A stretch of DNA of 64,000 nucleotides, taken from contig NC_134031.1 of the NCBI RefSeq assembly GCF_964204645.1, positions 8,122,001 through 8,186,000 on the forward strand, given 5' to 3'. Positions 14,128 through 27,176 of the stretch are shown here, piece by piece. The stretch is from Tubulanus polymorphus. Taxonomy: Eukaryota > Animalia > Nemertea. Position 1 is the first letter of the stretch, and every line of letters starts with the position of its first letter. Under the pieces are notes generated by a model. The model saw only the letters and a list, made by a program, of their open reading frames with translations, was not told the origin of the DNA and searched no databases. Made by a program: the position numbers and the translations under genes.

Positions 14128-14260
14128 CTGTATGAATTCTGCGATGGAGGAACATAACTGAATATGATGCGAAACATTTTCCACAGAAACGACATTCAAA
14201 TTTTTTTTCAACTTTGTGTGAATCCAGATGTTTCTGGAAATCAGATTTCAGTAGAAATGT
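14128..14260 (-). CDS. ZF-A coding exon 2 (TFLLKSDFQKHLDSHKVEKKFECRFCGKCFASYSVMFLHRRIHTG)
   Basis: Not in the ORF track; translated by hand. Acceptor ttttttttcag, donor gtaatc; 133 nt, phase 0-1; completes finger 1 and encodes finger 2. Confidence 0.92.
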
Positions 14261-14345
14261 CTGAAAAAAAATTCAATGAATAGACTAAGGATTTATGTTC
14301 TTCAGCGCTATTGTTGTAAGTTACGGCTTGGACATGTACACTTAC

Positions 14346-14642
14346 CTTTTGACATTCAGAACACTTATGATCCCCCCATTCTTCCTGATCCAAGTAGGTT
14401 AGTGTATCTTTCTTCTTCAGCGGAACAACTGCCCCATCTAACATCACTGGTCTTACAATAGCAGGGGGCCCTGGTAAAGATGTACCTTTTATGGTTGATG
14501 AAGTCAATGGTGGTAATGCAACCATTGTTGTCATAGGGGCTGTTGTCATATTGATCATTGCTGGGTTAATGGTATTTGGTTCGTATTGTGATAATGTTGT
14601 GGGCTGCTGTTCACCCAGTCTTGATATTGGCAAGCCTTCCAT
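14346..14642 (-). CDS. ZF-A coding exon 1 (MEGLPISRLG...HKCSECQK)
   Basis: Acceptor (T-tract then tag) ends at 14660, exon starts 14659, first ATG at 14642, donor AAG|gtaagt at 14345. The four exons total 3324 nt = 1107 aa + stop. Confidence 0.85.
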
Positions 14643-17600
14643 TCTCAAGTCACCTGCCCCTAAAAAAAGCCAAAGATTAACTCAAATCTTGAAGGCATCT
14701 TTCCACCATAAATATACAGCAAGAGCCCCTTGAATCAATGTTAATGTTGATTACAATCTACTTTCATAGATATCGCCAGGGAAATAGTGGAATCCGGGGT
14801 TAACATAACACAGAATCATTTGGGAATCACATAATTTTCCATATATAGACAGCAAAATTGACGTATTCAAGTCTTAAGCATGCGAATCACTGGGCATGTT
14901 CCATTTGAGGTCAAGTCCGATATTTCTACCAGCACATATTTGATTACCCATTGCAAACAAAAAATAATAATAAGAACCACAAGCCAAACATTCACACCAA
15001 TAAATCAGTTGTTTCCCTTTTATGTTGATCACAGAAGTGACAGGTCATCATACTTTTGGCACTCACGAGGGGCAGAATTAGAAGGCGGCTAAAAGCTTGA
15101 ACAGAGATCTGTGAAAATTGTTGGGGAAAAGTTAATTAGGTAGTTTCTTATGGATGTGTAATACCCTTATTGGAAACTATCAGCAACAAATTAAGGGCAA
15201 CAAACAAATTTGAATCCTAATAACAACAAATCTGTTAATCCTTCACAATCTATTCAACAGGAAGAAGTAACACTTCATCATGTTAGATAATGAAAAATTA
15301 ATTGATATGAAGTAATATCAGCAATGACCAAACAAACTTTTTCTCTGGTCCACTTTTGCTTTAATTGATATATCACATAGTGTAAAATACGTTGTACAAT
15401 TTAATTTCACTTTTAAATGATTTAAAAGCACCCAAAACGGAGTTTAAAGTATAGATCACAATGTTGATTGAGAAGAGAAGTAGGGACATAAGTACCTGGG
15501 GACAGCTTTGCTCATTATCGCGCAGTATACAAAAATAAAGTCTAATTCGAGGACCTTCGCCGAAATTCCACTGGATTCTGTGATTATACGAAATGATAAC
15601 ATCACCTTTTATCCAGTTTTTATCATTTCACTACTGAAGTTAAGGGCAGATTCGTGATCGTAGCTCTACACAAATATGAAACCTCTTGAAAAATGTCATC
15701 AGGTCAGACTTAATACTATAATATGGAGGTTTTCCTAAATATATGTACATAATTAATCCCTTTAATTCAGAAGCAATCATTTGTATTAAAGGGAGTGTTC
15801 AAATACATGTAATAGTTTTTACAGCAATTTTGCCCATTTTTTATAACCTCCCCATGTAACAGCATACTGTAAGTACAAATACTATTGACCCCTACCACTT
15901 AGTACTTATTGGCTTAACCATTTTAAGTGTCATCAGTGCTCATTTGTAGATAGAAAAGTTTTTTAAAAGAAAATATCGATATGCTTTGACCTATAGGCTT
16001 GATATTGGATAGTGTCACTGTCATTGGAAAGAACGAAAAGAATCTGTTTTATCTATGTTTTGAGTAGTTTAGGTTTAGAAAATTATTGATTTGTTATTGT
16101 TAACTATCTTAGAGTAGAACTGGGTCAAAGAAAATGTGATTCATTTTTAGTTGTTTACAGTTTTAGAATTGTAAAAGATACATTTCGCGGATACAGCATG
16201 TTCAATGCATAGATTACGAAGGTAGAACTGTCACCAAGAGGATTTTTTGACAACATTCTGCATTTGTTTCTGGAGGCAAATGTGTTGATGATGGCAGTGT
16301 AAACAAGCTTGAGATTTGGTCAATCCTCCTAACCGCAATTTTGATTTGCGGATACACCATTCAGCAAACTAGTTTTGATATATGTATGTTAATAGTGGCT
16401 TGAAAATTCTGTGAATTCTTTGCTCAGCAAAAAATAGGGGGAACGGCACGCGCCGCGTACGCCCCCCGTCTGGATCCGCCACTGTAGAAAATGGAATTTC
16501 TGGACTTTCGGTAGTAGTATATATACTGGTCCTACGTAATTCAGGCATTGTAAGTAAAGTTGGTTTGTTCCATCGTAATCGTGGAAGACATCTATGCCAG
16601 CTTGTATAAACTGTAAATAAAGGTTTATCTGTTGGACATCGGTCTTCAGTGGAGAATCGTCTTCAATGGAGGAAGTCTACTCAACAGTTCATAGCAGAGA
16701 GCAATTTATAGTGCCTCAACAGTCCTAGTGTTCATCTCATCACGGGAAATTGGGGTTACCCAGAGTTTTGTTCTCGCCACCGAGGATGTTCAATATCGAA
16801 TTACAGTCAAGGCTCCTTACGCCAGCCCTGGGTCTCTCAAAATATTGGCAGTTTAACAAATGTGGCGGTATAACGAAATGGAGATCATGAGAGTTGAAAT
16901 AGTATACAAGACATGACTATTGACCAAATCCAAAATAGCCATCAATTAATCTTAATCTAGGAAGCATAAAGGTCTTAGCTTATTTCATTTAGATGATTTA
17001 AATGATACAGTAGATGTATGATACTGCCGGCCACATGTATCGATTCATAATAACAGATGGGAAACATCATTGACAAAAGACGTTGGCAGCATAATAAATG
17101 TTTTCTCTATGAGTTAGAATAGGACTGTTCTAGGATTTAGTTGGCGTTATGGTGGAGGGCGAGAGGTGGTATAATGAGAGCTATTTACATACATAGGTAC
17201 GAAATGAACTGTGCACAAGGAAATTCTCGGCAATATAGGTGGATTTGGTGGTACTACGGATGGCTGTATAATAAGTGTTGACTGTATATATTTCATTGGT
17301 ACCAGTTGCAATGCAGAGTCGTAGAATATAACATGTTGTATGATCGTGTCCGAGTTTCAAGGTCATTGATTTTTGAATGGTCATCAGAGGGTGTTGAATA
17401 GCCGAATAACTTAGTATTTTCATATTAAACTTGTTACTTACCTGTACTAGAAAAACACCAATTGTAGTCCCTAAACACAGACTTTTACTCATTCACATTG
17501 TTTCTGCTGGCCGCTATGTCTTTCAATAGTCACATTGTAACAGGGTGAAGGCTATGCTTGAGAAAATGCACCCTACATAGCAGGAACAAGGCTCTATTTA

Positions 17601-18066
17601 ATACGAATAGCTATTGGCTAAGGGATGGAAACAAGCAGCAGATTGATTTCCAAGCATACAATGTCCAAGGTTGGGTCCTAGGACAACTAGACATTTTTTG
17701 GATCAATCCCAGTTTTTCAGTCCAATGAGTACCTAAATCATGGAATGGAAGGAATTCAGAGAATTGATGTGTTCTTTTTTATTCATTCTAATGATGCAAA
17801 TACATGCACACATACAACTGTAATACACATGTATCTTAATGACTACAGAACATAAAGAAATTCATACAGATATATCAAATACATGCGACAAAATTTACTG
17901 GCATGGGCAGTTCAAATTTTATCAAGTTTTGAGTGAAACAAGAATTTTGGACTGTGGCTGTCATTTTGGATGACCTACGAAGTAAGAAACAACAAGCTAC
18001 ATCCTCCCATCCATCTTTATTGTAGACTGTAGAAAGGAAACAAAGTCCATAACTCCCATTTTACAA

Positions 18067-18307
18067 CAGGGGTGGATTTAGGAGTTCCCAGGGGTCCCCT
18101 GCCTTGCCATTGAGGTTGCCCTTCTCTTCTCGGAAATTGCATATTTTCAGATGTATTTCTTCAAAAATATCTAACACTGAGGATAGAACCCAGCTTATTG
18201 TCTATGAGCTATAATGTCTATGCTGCTTCAGAACAATGCTTATCTGAAAAATGCCTCAGTAATTTCTTCAGGATCCCTGCCTTCAACTTTTCCTAGATCT
18301 GCCCCAT
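18067..18307. mobile_element. hAT-like MITE
   Basis: caggggtggatttagg ... cctagatctgccccatg imperfect TIRs. Confidence 0.4.
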
Positions 18308-18841
18308 GCGCGCATATATATGGTTTTGCTGACAACCTTGGATGACCTACGTGAGTCAAAAACAATAGGGTACCAATAGCAGGTACCCTTACCCAAATAT
18401 TAAGTTATAAGAAAATTAGTCCAAATTGGTCCAAAACTGCAGACTGTAGATGGTCCAAAATGCTTATTTCATACACATATATGCTCTTGGTGATCATCTT
18501 AGGTGACCGACATAAGTAAAAAACAAAGGGCTAATCATCATCCCACCCCTAATCTAAATATAAAGCAGAGCTACCAACCCCTGATAATTGTTTTGCGGGT
18601 CAGCCAACAATTTCAGGGACATCCTAAAATTTAAGCATTTAAGCTTTTCAACCTTCAATCCAGCACTTATCATGTCCCCAGGTGAAGTGAGCTGCATCGA
18701 GAAAAAAAGTATCATAAAATTCATAGAAAATATTTAGGAAATCTAACTGAATGTATGGGAGAGTTAAGTACGGTAGAATTCGCTCAAGTTGGATCTTTTG
18801 GGACCATAAAAATGTGTCAGACTTGAATTGGATGTAATGTA

Positions 18842-19626
18842 CAGTCAACTCCTCTTAGTCCATATAAGTAAGTGGGACCTGGCAAAATCATACGGATTAA
18901 CTGAAAATATGGATTATTTGAAAATTCTCGGATATCTAATACCTGGCCTAGTATAGGCAGGACATAACCCTCAAGGGGTGTTTCTTCTTACAGTAGCATT
19001 TGCATCAATTTGTTTAAGTTCAGAAATAAAACGTAAACATAACTGAATAATTTATCAAGTATTTGAACAAGAAACAACAGGACTTAGAAAAAACCACAGA
19101 AAAGAACCATGGGTCCAGTAGGATCAACTGAGTACATCTTAGTTTTGAGCACAAAAATCGATTTGTTCTCGGATTTGCAATGACGTATTAACAGCTGATA
19201 AAGATGAAATGGATGTTCAACTTGGATGATATATATCACTGGGAAAGCTCTTCTAGAGGGATTTCCAACTGATGCCCTTCTGAAGGGCTTTCCCTGTAGA
19301 GTTATCATCAAGAAACAACAAGGTCAAGCGTCGATTAGTAGAATGGGGAAAGATTCATCGAAATTTACACATTTCCTCCCTGTATTTCCAAACGGCTTAA
19401 AGCTGATGGAAAAACTCTCCATATTACTTTCAACTCATATTTCCTATCCTAATGACAAAATATCAGCTTTGTATATCCAGTGGTTACAATTTGTGCCATC
19501 AAGTGCTAACAGAAAGAGGAGTGGACTGACTGTTTTTCAAATAGACCTTTAGTGTCACAAAGATATTTAAAAAAACATTGTTGTTAAACAGTTATCCGAT
19601 TTGATCAGATCCGGCGGAGTCTACTG
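18842..19626. mobile_element. pogo/Tigger-like non-autonomous element
   Basis: TA|cagtcaactcc ... ggagtctactg|TA termini. Confidence 0.5.
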
Positions 19627-20336
19627 TACCAACTGCTAGTTCCACAGTGTTCATATCAAATCAAATTTGCCGTATCAAATCATGCCTGAGTACGACTGCT
19701 AGCCCCTAAGTGTTCACTTGCCTGGTTTTATTACCCATGACATATATCGATTACTCATTCAGCCCCTACCATTAGCAAAGAATAGCCAAGTTCCCATTGA
19801 AAACATTGAAATGAATAAAAACCGAGACATTTTTCCTTGACAAAAGCTAGTTGTGACATTTTCATGCTTCCCAGGACAGCAGGAACATCCATGACCGTCC
19901 CGAAAAATGCGAGACACTTGGCAGCTGACAAATTAATAAAATCAACCAAAAACTATCAAATAGGACCAAGGGGCATAATGCCTATTTTTTGGACACCCAT
20001 CCGGATTGATGAAGGCAATGACAATCCTCTAAGGCTTCTGGCTGGCTGAGGGGTAAAGGGTTAATTGGCTTAGTAAATATGTTCATAAACTCACTAAGTC
20101 CTTACTATAATTCATTATGATAAATTCTCTTGACAGTTTTGAGACACAGTTTTGAGTTATAAAAGCTTAATTTATCAAAAAATGCAGTAACTCTAGGGGT
20201 TACTCTTAGCAAGTGAATGATCAGAACAAAATGTGTACTCATTTGCGTTTAAAAGCAGCTCTTTTAACATGCCCTTTGTTAGATATTCAATATGTTTGAC
20301 TACCAATCAAATCAATAACTCAACCTTTAACAAATA

Positions 20337-20535
20337 CAGTCAATGTCCGTTATGCCTACAATGCCATCCTTCTAATTCCATTGCTAGTTTAACACCAACC
20401 TTTTTCAGAAAACAAATTTGCCTAATCTAACTCAAATTCAATGAAAACACAATGTATCATTCTTTAAACGCAAATTTCGTTATAATGCCATGTTTACCAT
20501 TGGTCCTAACAGTGGCATTATAACAGACTTTGACT
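20337..20535. mobile_element. pogo/Tc1-type MITE
   Basis: TA|cagtcaatgtccgtta ... taacagactttgactg|TA. Confidence 0.55.
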
Positions 20536-20874
20536 GTACATACATATAGGCTACCTATTCAAATATGTTTACAACCAGTTTTGAATAGACTTATTTTTTA
20601 ATCAACTGGCTGAAAATGTAGCTGATAAAATAAGATTCACTGCCATCCCAGAAACTGATAGAATACTCAAGACATAACATTAAACAACTGAAAACAAATC
20701 ACTGTTAACCCCTATACGTTTTTTTTTTAGAACAGATCACGCCTGTATCAACTCTCAATATACTGCCATAGTCTATACCAACAAAATCCCAAATCACCAA
20801 TGAAGGCGTTATACTGGGTGACTGTATCCAATGTACGGAGGGCCCCATTATAACAAACATCAGACGGAAAAATT

Positions 20875-23397
20875 TCAAGACGAGTTTTGTGATATCTTAG
20901 ATTTAACATCATCTGATTGAGTTACAATTTCTTCTTGTACAACCTGAGTAAGCAGTCTCATTGGACTCATTATACCCTCAATTGCGTCTTCAGAAATGAT
21001 CATGTTATTCTCGTCCATATGAACGATTTCAAATTCTAACATTTCTTCATCAGTTTCCATCATGACTGTGCCACTTACATTGGGGTCAGTTACCTGATAC
21101 TGACGTTCAAAATGATCAGTTTGAGCTCTGCCCTGGGGCAAACTGGGATCCTGAACAATATCACCCGAATCATTAACAGAATTTGACTCAGTTTTATTCT
21201 GAACGGCCACCAAGTGTTCCATCAATGCACTGTGGTCAGTTGATTCATTTAGATCCACCGAGTCATTTACAATCATATAATGCTGCTCGCCATCCGATGA
21301 CTTAGGTGCCACAGATTCTCCAACCTGCACTAAAATAGCTGCCAAATCTTCTTTAGTTTCAATCTCTTTTTTTATGGTTTGCTTCCTTTTAGAACAGCCT
21401 TTTTTAGCTTTGCTCCCACAACCAGATTTTGTTTTTGGTGGAGCTTTTTGTTTGGCTAATCGCACAATGATCCTTTGTGGTTGAACCGGTGATTCATCAT
21501 TTACAGTATTTCGTCGTCTTCTTGACGACCTCCTTTGTGGCAATATTTCTTCTTCATCCTCATTTTCATCATCGTCGTCATCATCATCATCATCATCCTC
21601 AATGTTTTCTTTCACTTTCAATGAAGCTTTACGTTTTCTACCACGACTTGAAGTTGTCAATTCAATCTCAGAAAAGCTAGGTTTACCCTTCTTGGCTTTA
21701 CGCCGATTTTCACGCTTTTTCTGAGCATCGAGTCTCTTATTTCTGTCTTTCTTAGCTACGGTTTGTTTTGCACCTCTTGTATTGCGATTAGGTTTGATTC
21801 TATCAGCGTCATCATCAGAGTTTTGCGGCCCATGCACAGTGGTTATGTGCCTCTTCAAATCACCCGATCGAGAAAATTGCCGGTCACACATATCACAACA
21901 AAATTCTTTTCCATGTTGCTTTTCATGACATTTCAACACACTTTCACTACGAAATCGCTCTCCGCACAAACGACATGTCAATTTCTCGTTCATGCGAAGT
22001 TTTTCTTCACGCTCCTCAATGCTGTTGGGTAATCGCTTTGGAGGATGTAGACGATTTTGCAGACGTTTTCCACCGGATTCTTCACGTAAATGTAAATCTT
22101 CGTGTTTCGTCAAATCAGACATTCGACAAAATCGTATGCCACACCAATCGCACTGAAAAGGTTTGAATTCTGCATGCCGGCGCATGTGAATTGTTAAATT
22201 GTGGCATTGACTGAACGACGCCCCACAAATCTGGCAGATGAAATTATCCGAGCCAGTGTGAATTTTCATATGATGGTTCAATGCGCTCAATGGCGTGAAA
22301 CTCTCACCGCATTCGGGGCAGACATGAACTTTTGATTGATAATCGTGAAGATTTAGATGGTCGTTAAGATGGTTCTGAGTTGAAAAACGCTTCGTGCATC
22401 GGTTACACGGAAACAACAACTTGTCTGCATTCAGCAGGTGCAGTTTTACATGTTCCTTACATCCAGTACTCTGAGCAAAACCTTTACCGCAGTAACCGCA
22501 AACATACGGCAAATATCCAGTATGTATTCGCTCGTGACGATTCAAATTTGATTTGTGACTGAACGATTTCTTGCAGACGACACACTTATACGGACGTTTT
22601 CCAGTGTGGGTGCGTTCGTGTAGACGTAAATTCGACGAAGTGCCGAATGATTTACTACACAATCGACATTTATACGGTTTCGGTTTCTCCGGTTTCAATT
22701 CAGGAACTTGTCCCACTTGAACAATTCGTCGTGCCTTTGATTTTGACTTGATTGACTTCATTTCGACTAAGTTTGACGGATCAGTAATTTGCAACGAGCA
22801 TGCTGTTATAGTTTTCTTCTTTTGAAATTCGGCTGCATTTTTCAAATATTCCATAGAGTAGTTGCGAGTTGTGAATGCTGGCTGAGAATGTCGCTTCTTC
22901 GGTTTCGACTTAAGTGTTTTCATCTGGTAATGCGTATGCGGAATATCCATATCATTGTCATCATTTTCATCGTATCTGTTGTGTTCTCCAACATCTTCCT
23001 CTGTCATTGACTGGTCATCATCATCATCATCATCACCGTCATCTTCTTCGTCATCATCAGAAAATTCTTCGCGGTTCTTAGATGGCAAGCGACCAGAAAT
23101 ATTCGTGATTAATGCTTGTATTTGGTTTTTAACAGTGTCCTCGATGTGCTGCGATGGGATTTCACCCCCATCAAGTACCAACATTGGACTATACAAATCA
23201 TCAATGATACGATGATCACCGTAGGTTTGACCGACTCCTGGCACAACTGCTGCTTCAGATGTGACAGGATCGTGTCCACTAGAATGTTCAGTGCTTCTTG
23301 CAGCTATAGTGCTATCTATACGATCAAGAAATTCTTGATAGTCTGTATCCCTTGATGTTTCAATAGTCACATGATGAATACCGTCTGGTGTAGCCAT
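20875..23397 (-). CDS. C2H2 zinc-finger protein ZF-B, 840 aa, 9 fingers, single coding exon
   Basis: Uninterrupted ORF; ATG in good context (gtcATGg); acceptor tttttgttatacctttcag ends at 23484, giving 86 nt of 5'UTR in the exon; 7+2 C2H2 fingers, poly-Asp/Glu tracts and basic NLS-like stretches. Confidence 0.93.
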   Translation of the reverse strand: MATPDGIHHVTIETSRDTDYQEFLDRIDSTIAARSTEHSSGHDPVTSEAAVVPGVGQTYGDHRIIDDLYSPMLVLDGGEIPSQHIEDTVKNQIQALITNISGRLPSKNREEFSDDDEEDDGDDDDDDDQSMTEEDVGEHNRYDENDDNDMDIPHTHYQMKTLKSKPKKRHSQPAFTTRNYSMEYLKNAAEFQKKKTITACSLQITDPSNLVEMKSIKSKSKARRIVQVGQVPELKPEKPKPYKCRLCSKSFGTSSNLRLHERTHTGKRPYKCVVCKKSFSHKSNLNRHERIHTGYLPYVCGYCGKGFAQSTGCKEHVKLHLLNADKLLFPCNRCTKRFSTQNHLNDHLNLHDYQSKVHVCPECGESFTPLSALNHHMKIHTGSDNFICQICGASFSQCHNLTIHMRRHAEFKPFQCDWCGIRFCRMSDLTKHEDLHLREESGGKRLQNRLHPPKRLPNSIEEREEKLRMNEKLTCRLCGERFRSESVLKCHEKQHGKEFCCDMCDRQFSRSGDLKRHITTVHGPQNSDDDADRIKPNRNTRGAKQTVAKKDRNKRLDAQKKRENRRKAKKGKPSFSEIELTTSSRGRKRKASLKVKENIEDDDDDDDDDDENEDEEEILPQRRSSRRRRNTVNDESPVQPQRIIVRLAKQKAPPKTKSGCGSKAKKGCSKRKQTIKKEIETKEDLAAILVQVGESVAPKSSDGEQHYMIVNDSVDLNESTDHSALMEHLVAVQNKTESNSVNDSGDIVQDPSLPQGRAQTDHFERQYQVTDPNVSGTVMMETDEEMLEFEIVHMDENNMIISEDAIEGIMSPMRLLTQVVQEEIVTQSDDVKSKISQNSS

Positions 23398-25239
23398 GAC
23401 GATGCAAGATGCACAGCACCTTTATTTTAACAATGTATATATACTTGCTGTTTACGCACACACGTGTTGTAATGTTCTCAAATCTGAAAGGTATAACAAA
23501 AACTGGGTCTCAATTCATTTGTAATTCCAATATGAAAATTTCTTTCTTCATAGGAAGTAAATTTATTTCAAATTCTGTTCAAATGATGATATTGTAGCAA
23601 ATTAGAATCCAACACAATTCTTTTAGGACATTGGTCAATATTTGTCAAATGCCTAGTAGTCGAAGAAGGCTCATTCAGGTAGAGAACATTACAAAACAGG
23701 TGACTGCTGCAAACTAGGATCTCCCTGACCATCGTGAACACTAACTAGAGCACAAGACAAATGATACGTGGTAATATTGCCTGAGGTATAAATGCCATGT
23801 AAAATGCCAGAGGGGAAAAATGCTACAAGTAAAAGGAATTGCTATGAATTTACCAAACATTAACTGAGAAATTACTGAATTAACAGTTCATTGTACATGT
23901 ACCTTTAAATTTAGATACATGTCGGCCTGAACAGAAAATAAATTGCTTTCCTTTGCTTATTAAGTAATCAAGAATAGAAAAATCTAATGTCAGTCAGGAG
24001 CAGCAACATTTCAGCAATATTTTGTACATGATATAGGCCAGCCTACTGAAGGAAGCTTGTCGGACTTCTTTACCTAAAGATAGGACACCGCATCCATTTA
24101 AGTTAATTTGCCAGGCTGTAACACGCAGGATACAGAGCAGCAATTGAGAATTGGCAATTGATGAGAACTGGCAGTGTACAGTATTCAGCCAGTTGCCTCA
24201 GTGAGTTGCACATCGTCTACTCCGGTGCTGCAACCACCAGTTCAGTTTTAATGCGACAAAAATGATTGTAAGGTTTCTAGCAAATCAGAGACGAGCATGC
24301 ATAGGGAGTATACATTTAGTATCTTAGGCTGTTGGGGTTTAATTTTTAGTAGAAACTCGAGAGACAGGCTTCGATCTGAGGAATAAAAGCCACTCGCCTG
24401 TGGGGCAAGCATATCTGAAATTTTGCGTGCTCCCTGAAAATGAACCTGCCCTATGCAGTCCGATTGGTGGCACAATCATCCGTTGTATTGAGTGGGAAAA
24501 AAGTTTGAGACATAGAATTGCACTGGCCCGGTGGACAAGTGATAATGATTATCTACAGTACTTGCCCTAATGAAAATATACTTGTCACTAGCAATCGGAC
24601 AAGTGCTTAGATCGAACCCTGGGGAGAGGATAGAACGAAAGGAGAATGCACTTAACATCAGGTAGTATTGATCAACATGAGCAACAACTGCGTCAGGAAT
24701 CCCCGTTTGCAAGAGGGCTCATGCAACCTAGGCTAGCTGCATCATTAAAGTGCTATTGAAGAAAATGTTTTTTGTTCTCGATTTTTCAGAAACCTAAACA
24801 GGCGAGCTATGTAGTAAATGATTCTGAAAACAATACAGTGGGAGGCAATCACATGGTACATTCTCAGGGTTGAAAATTCTATTCTTGCACTAGACTTGCA
24901 CTTAGTTTTTCCTGACTTGATCAGTTGAGAACCCAATCAAGTAACACCGTCAATTACATAAGACATAGACAGAAACTGTTTGATTCTACATGTGATTTAG
25001 CAATTTAACAAAATGGCTGGCTTTTTTACTGAAAAGAAAGTTGCCTGACTGGTTCTTCTTGTCAGGAAATTTGTTATAGTGGTAGAGAGGAGGGGAGAAA
25101 TAATACCGTAATATAATTTCTTAATGAGCATATATTGAATATTTTGAAGAAAACAGCAGAGTTTTCTTAACTGTTTTATTAACTGTTTTATTAACTTTGT
25201 AATGATTGTTGGTTCATGTCTGAAATACATGGTTTATTT

Positions 25240-25668
25240 ATATATAAGTTCAATAACCTGTCTCGACCATCATACCAAGTCTCATGGAAATCCATCACGA
25301 TTCGCACGGTGTATCAAGCTAACAAATACTTCATGCTTGCCAACCTGACAGCCATGTTTGGCGGCCGATGCCTTCCATTTTCAATTGAGGATATCTGATG
25401 TCTGACTCATAACTCACATCAACTTTCAGAGAAATCCATTGAGAATTGCAAGCAGTATCATGCTCCCAAAAAGATTAAAGATGGCTACCCTGGTGGCCAT
25501 TTTGGTGGCTGATGACCTCTATTTTGAATATGAGTGGGTATCTCACCTGTGTCACTCGAGAGTTTTATGAAAATCCATCCAGAATTGCAGGCTGTATCAA
25601 GCCAACAATGTCTCAAGGGGAACGCGCAAACGATTGATAAGATGTCTGCCTTCCATGGAGACATAATG
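25240..25668. mobile_element. Degenerate Helentron/HINE-type element with internal tandem units
   Basis: Recurring gaaatccat..gaattgca.gc.gtatca unit at about 25287, 25431 and 25569; terminal hairpin atgtct-gccttccatgg-agacat. Confidence 0.45.
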
Positions 25669-27105
25669 AACTTAGCTTCACTTAGATAAATTATAAAGCA
25701 ATCCTTGATGAAATAAGCACTGTATGTAGGCTATATCTGAAATAATCTGACAGGTTCCAGGCATTCACCCCACACTATATCATAACACTATGTAGGTTTT
25801 GGAAGTTCTCTAAAGTTTCTATAATCTTTCTAGCAAATACTGTTGCTACCATAGTACGTGGACACAACAAAACTATATTGGTAGAGTCGTGAACACAGTG
25901 AAAAATGATGTAAGTTGTTTCCATCAGGTCACCATATACTTACTAAAGTATCATCTGGTAAGTAAATCATGATAAGAAGGAATGGTATTTGACCTTAAAA
26001 TCTAGTACATATCTAAACAGTCATCTTGTTCATTGTCAGATCCACCAATGATCAAGATGACTGTTAAGCTAGGTACCAATATATTTAACGTATATTGGCT
26101 GAACATTTTTACAAATATATTTTTGTAAAGCCCGCTTGATTTAGATCAGTTTAATCCGGATTTCCATCAGTCCAGATCTTCATGGTTGACCTATACATAA
26201 ATGTGTCAATTACGATGTTTAACCTGGACTTTCTCATAAGCCTGACTATAGCCCACCCTTGATTATCCGCCCTCCAATTAACCAACATTCTCGCTATCTG
26301 CCTTAAAATGCCTGTGTACGGATTTCCCCAATGTAATTTGTGTTCGATTAGGCCTAATTGCGAAATTCGCTTACCACCATCCACCAGTATCTTAGTTTCA
26401 ACAGTGCTTTTTACTTAGAACATAGGCACAATCATCCGCCAATGATTTTTTTTCTCCAACAAAAGTAAATATATAAGACCTATTTGTTGTTTTGTCTTTT
26501 GAATACTGCATTATACGCATTATCAATATATCGAGTAGCAATACCCATAGAGCCAGCAGACGAGAGGTTGCCACTGACAGCACACTCACTGTGGTTCCTA
26601 GCAGTAGGCTATTATGTATTATACGTATGCAGAAAGCCTAATGGTGGTTAGTTCTTTAGAGTCGAGGTGAAAGTGCTGCTAAAACATCCCAAATTAAACA
26701 AAGGACAATTAAGGACTTAAAGTTAAGGACAAGGAGTTAAAATGGTTCACTTGTTTTGAATTAAATACTTGCTCCGTAAACTTATGTTATTTGAGTGATT
26801 TTTTTTCTACCGCATTGAATTCAGTTGCTTAACCAGATTATCCGCCAAAATTAACCTTGTCCCCCAAAGTTGGCGGATAATCGAGGGAAGACTGTTATTT
26901 CATTCATGTGGATTCTACATTATATACATGGCCTATCTGAACAGCGATCTCGAGCATGATCTTACTTGCTTTCTGGATTCGTTTTACCTCTGACCTCTTT
27001 TACAACTGGCATTTTTGTAACCTGTGGCATTTTTACCTACATCCAATATTCGGAAAGGAACATCCTTAATCAAACTTGATGCATTAAACTTGACTATTAT
27101 CTTAC

Positions 27106-27176
27106 CTGACTTGATACAGAAAAAGGCTTGGCTCTTAACAAAATTTCCAATACATCAAATTTTAACCTCTACCATG
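27106..27176 (-). other. Putative non-coding 5'UTR exon of the zinc-finger locus
   Basis: Strong acceptor attttcttttatctttacag and donor CAG|gtaaga bracket 71 nt; contains only short uORFs. Confidence 0.6.

Noticed and set aside
16483-16805. Possible solo LTR (TG start, TATA, AATAAA)
   Set aside because: No convincing TSD or second copy; the TG overlaps the end of a hAT-like MITE terminus (ggatccgccactg).
24248-24712. ISDML..GFYS hint of a DIRS-type RT remnant
   Set aside because: Too short and degenerate; no further RT motifs in order.
26398-26589. LADD motif suggesting a reverse transcriptase
   Set aside because: No other RT motifs; context looks like non-coding repeat.
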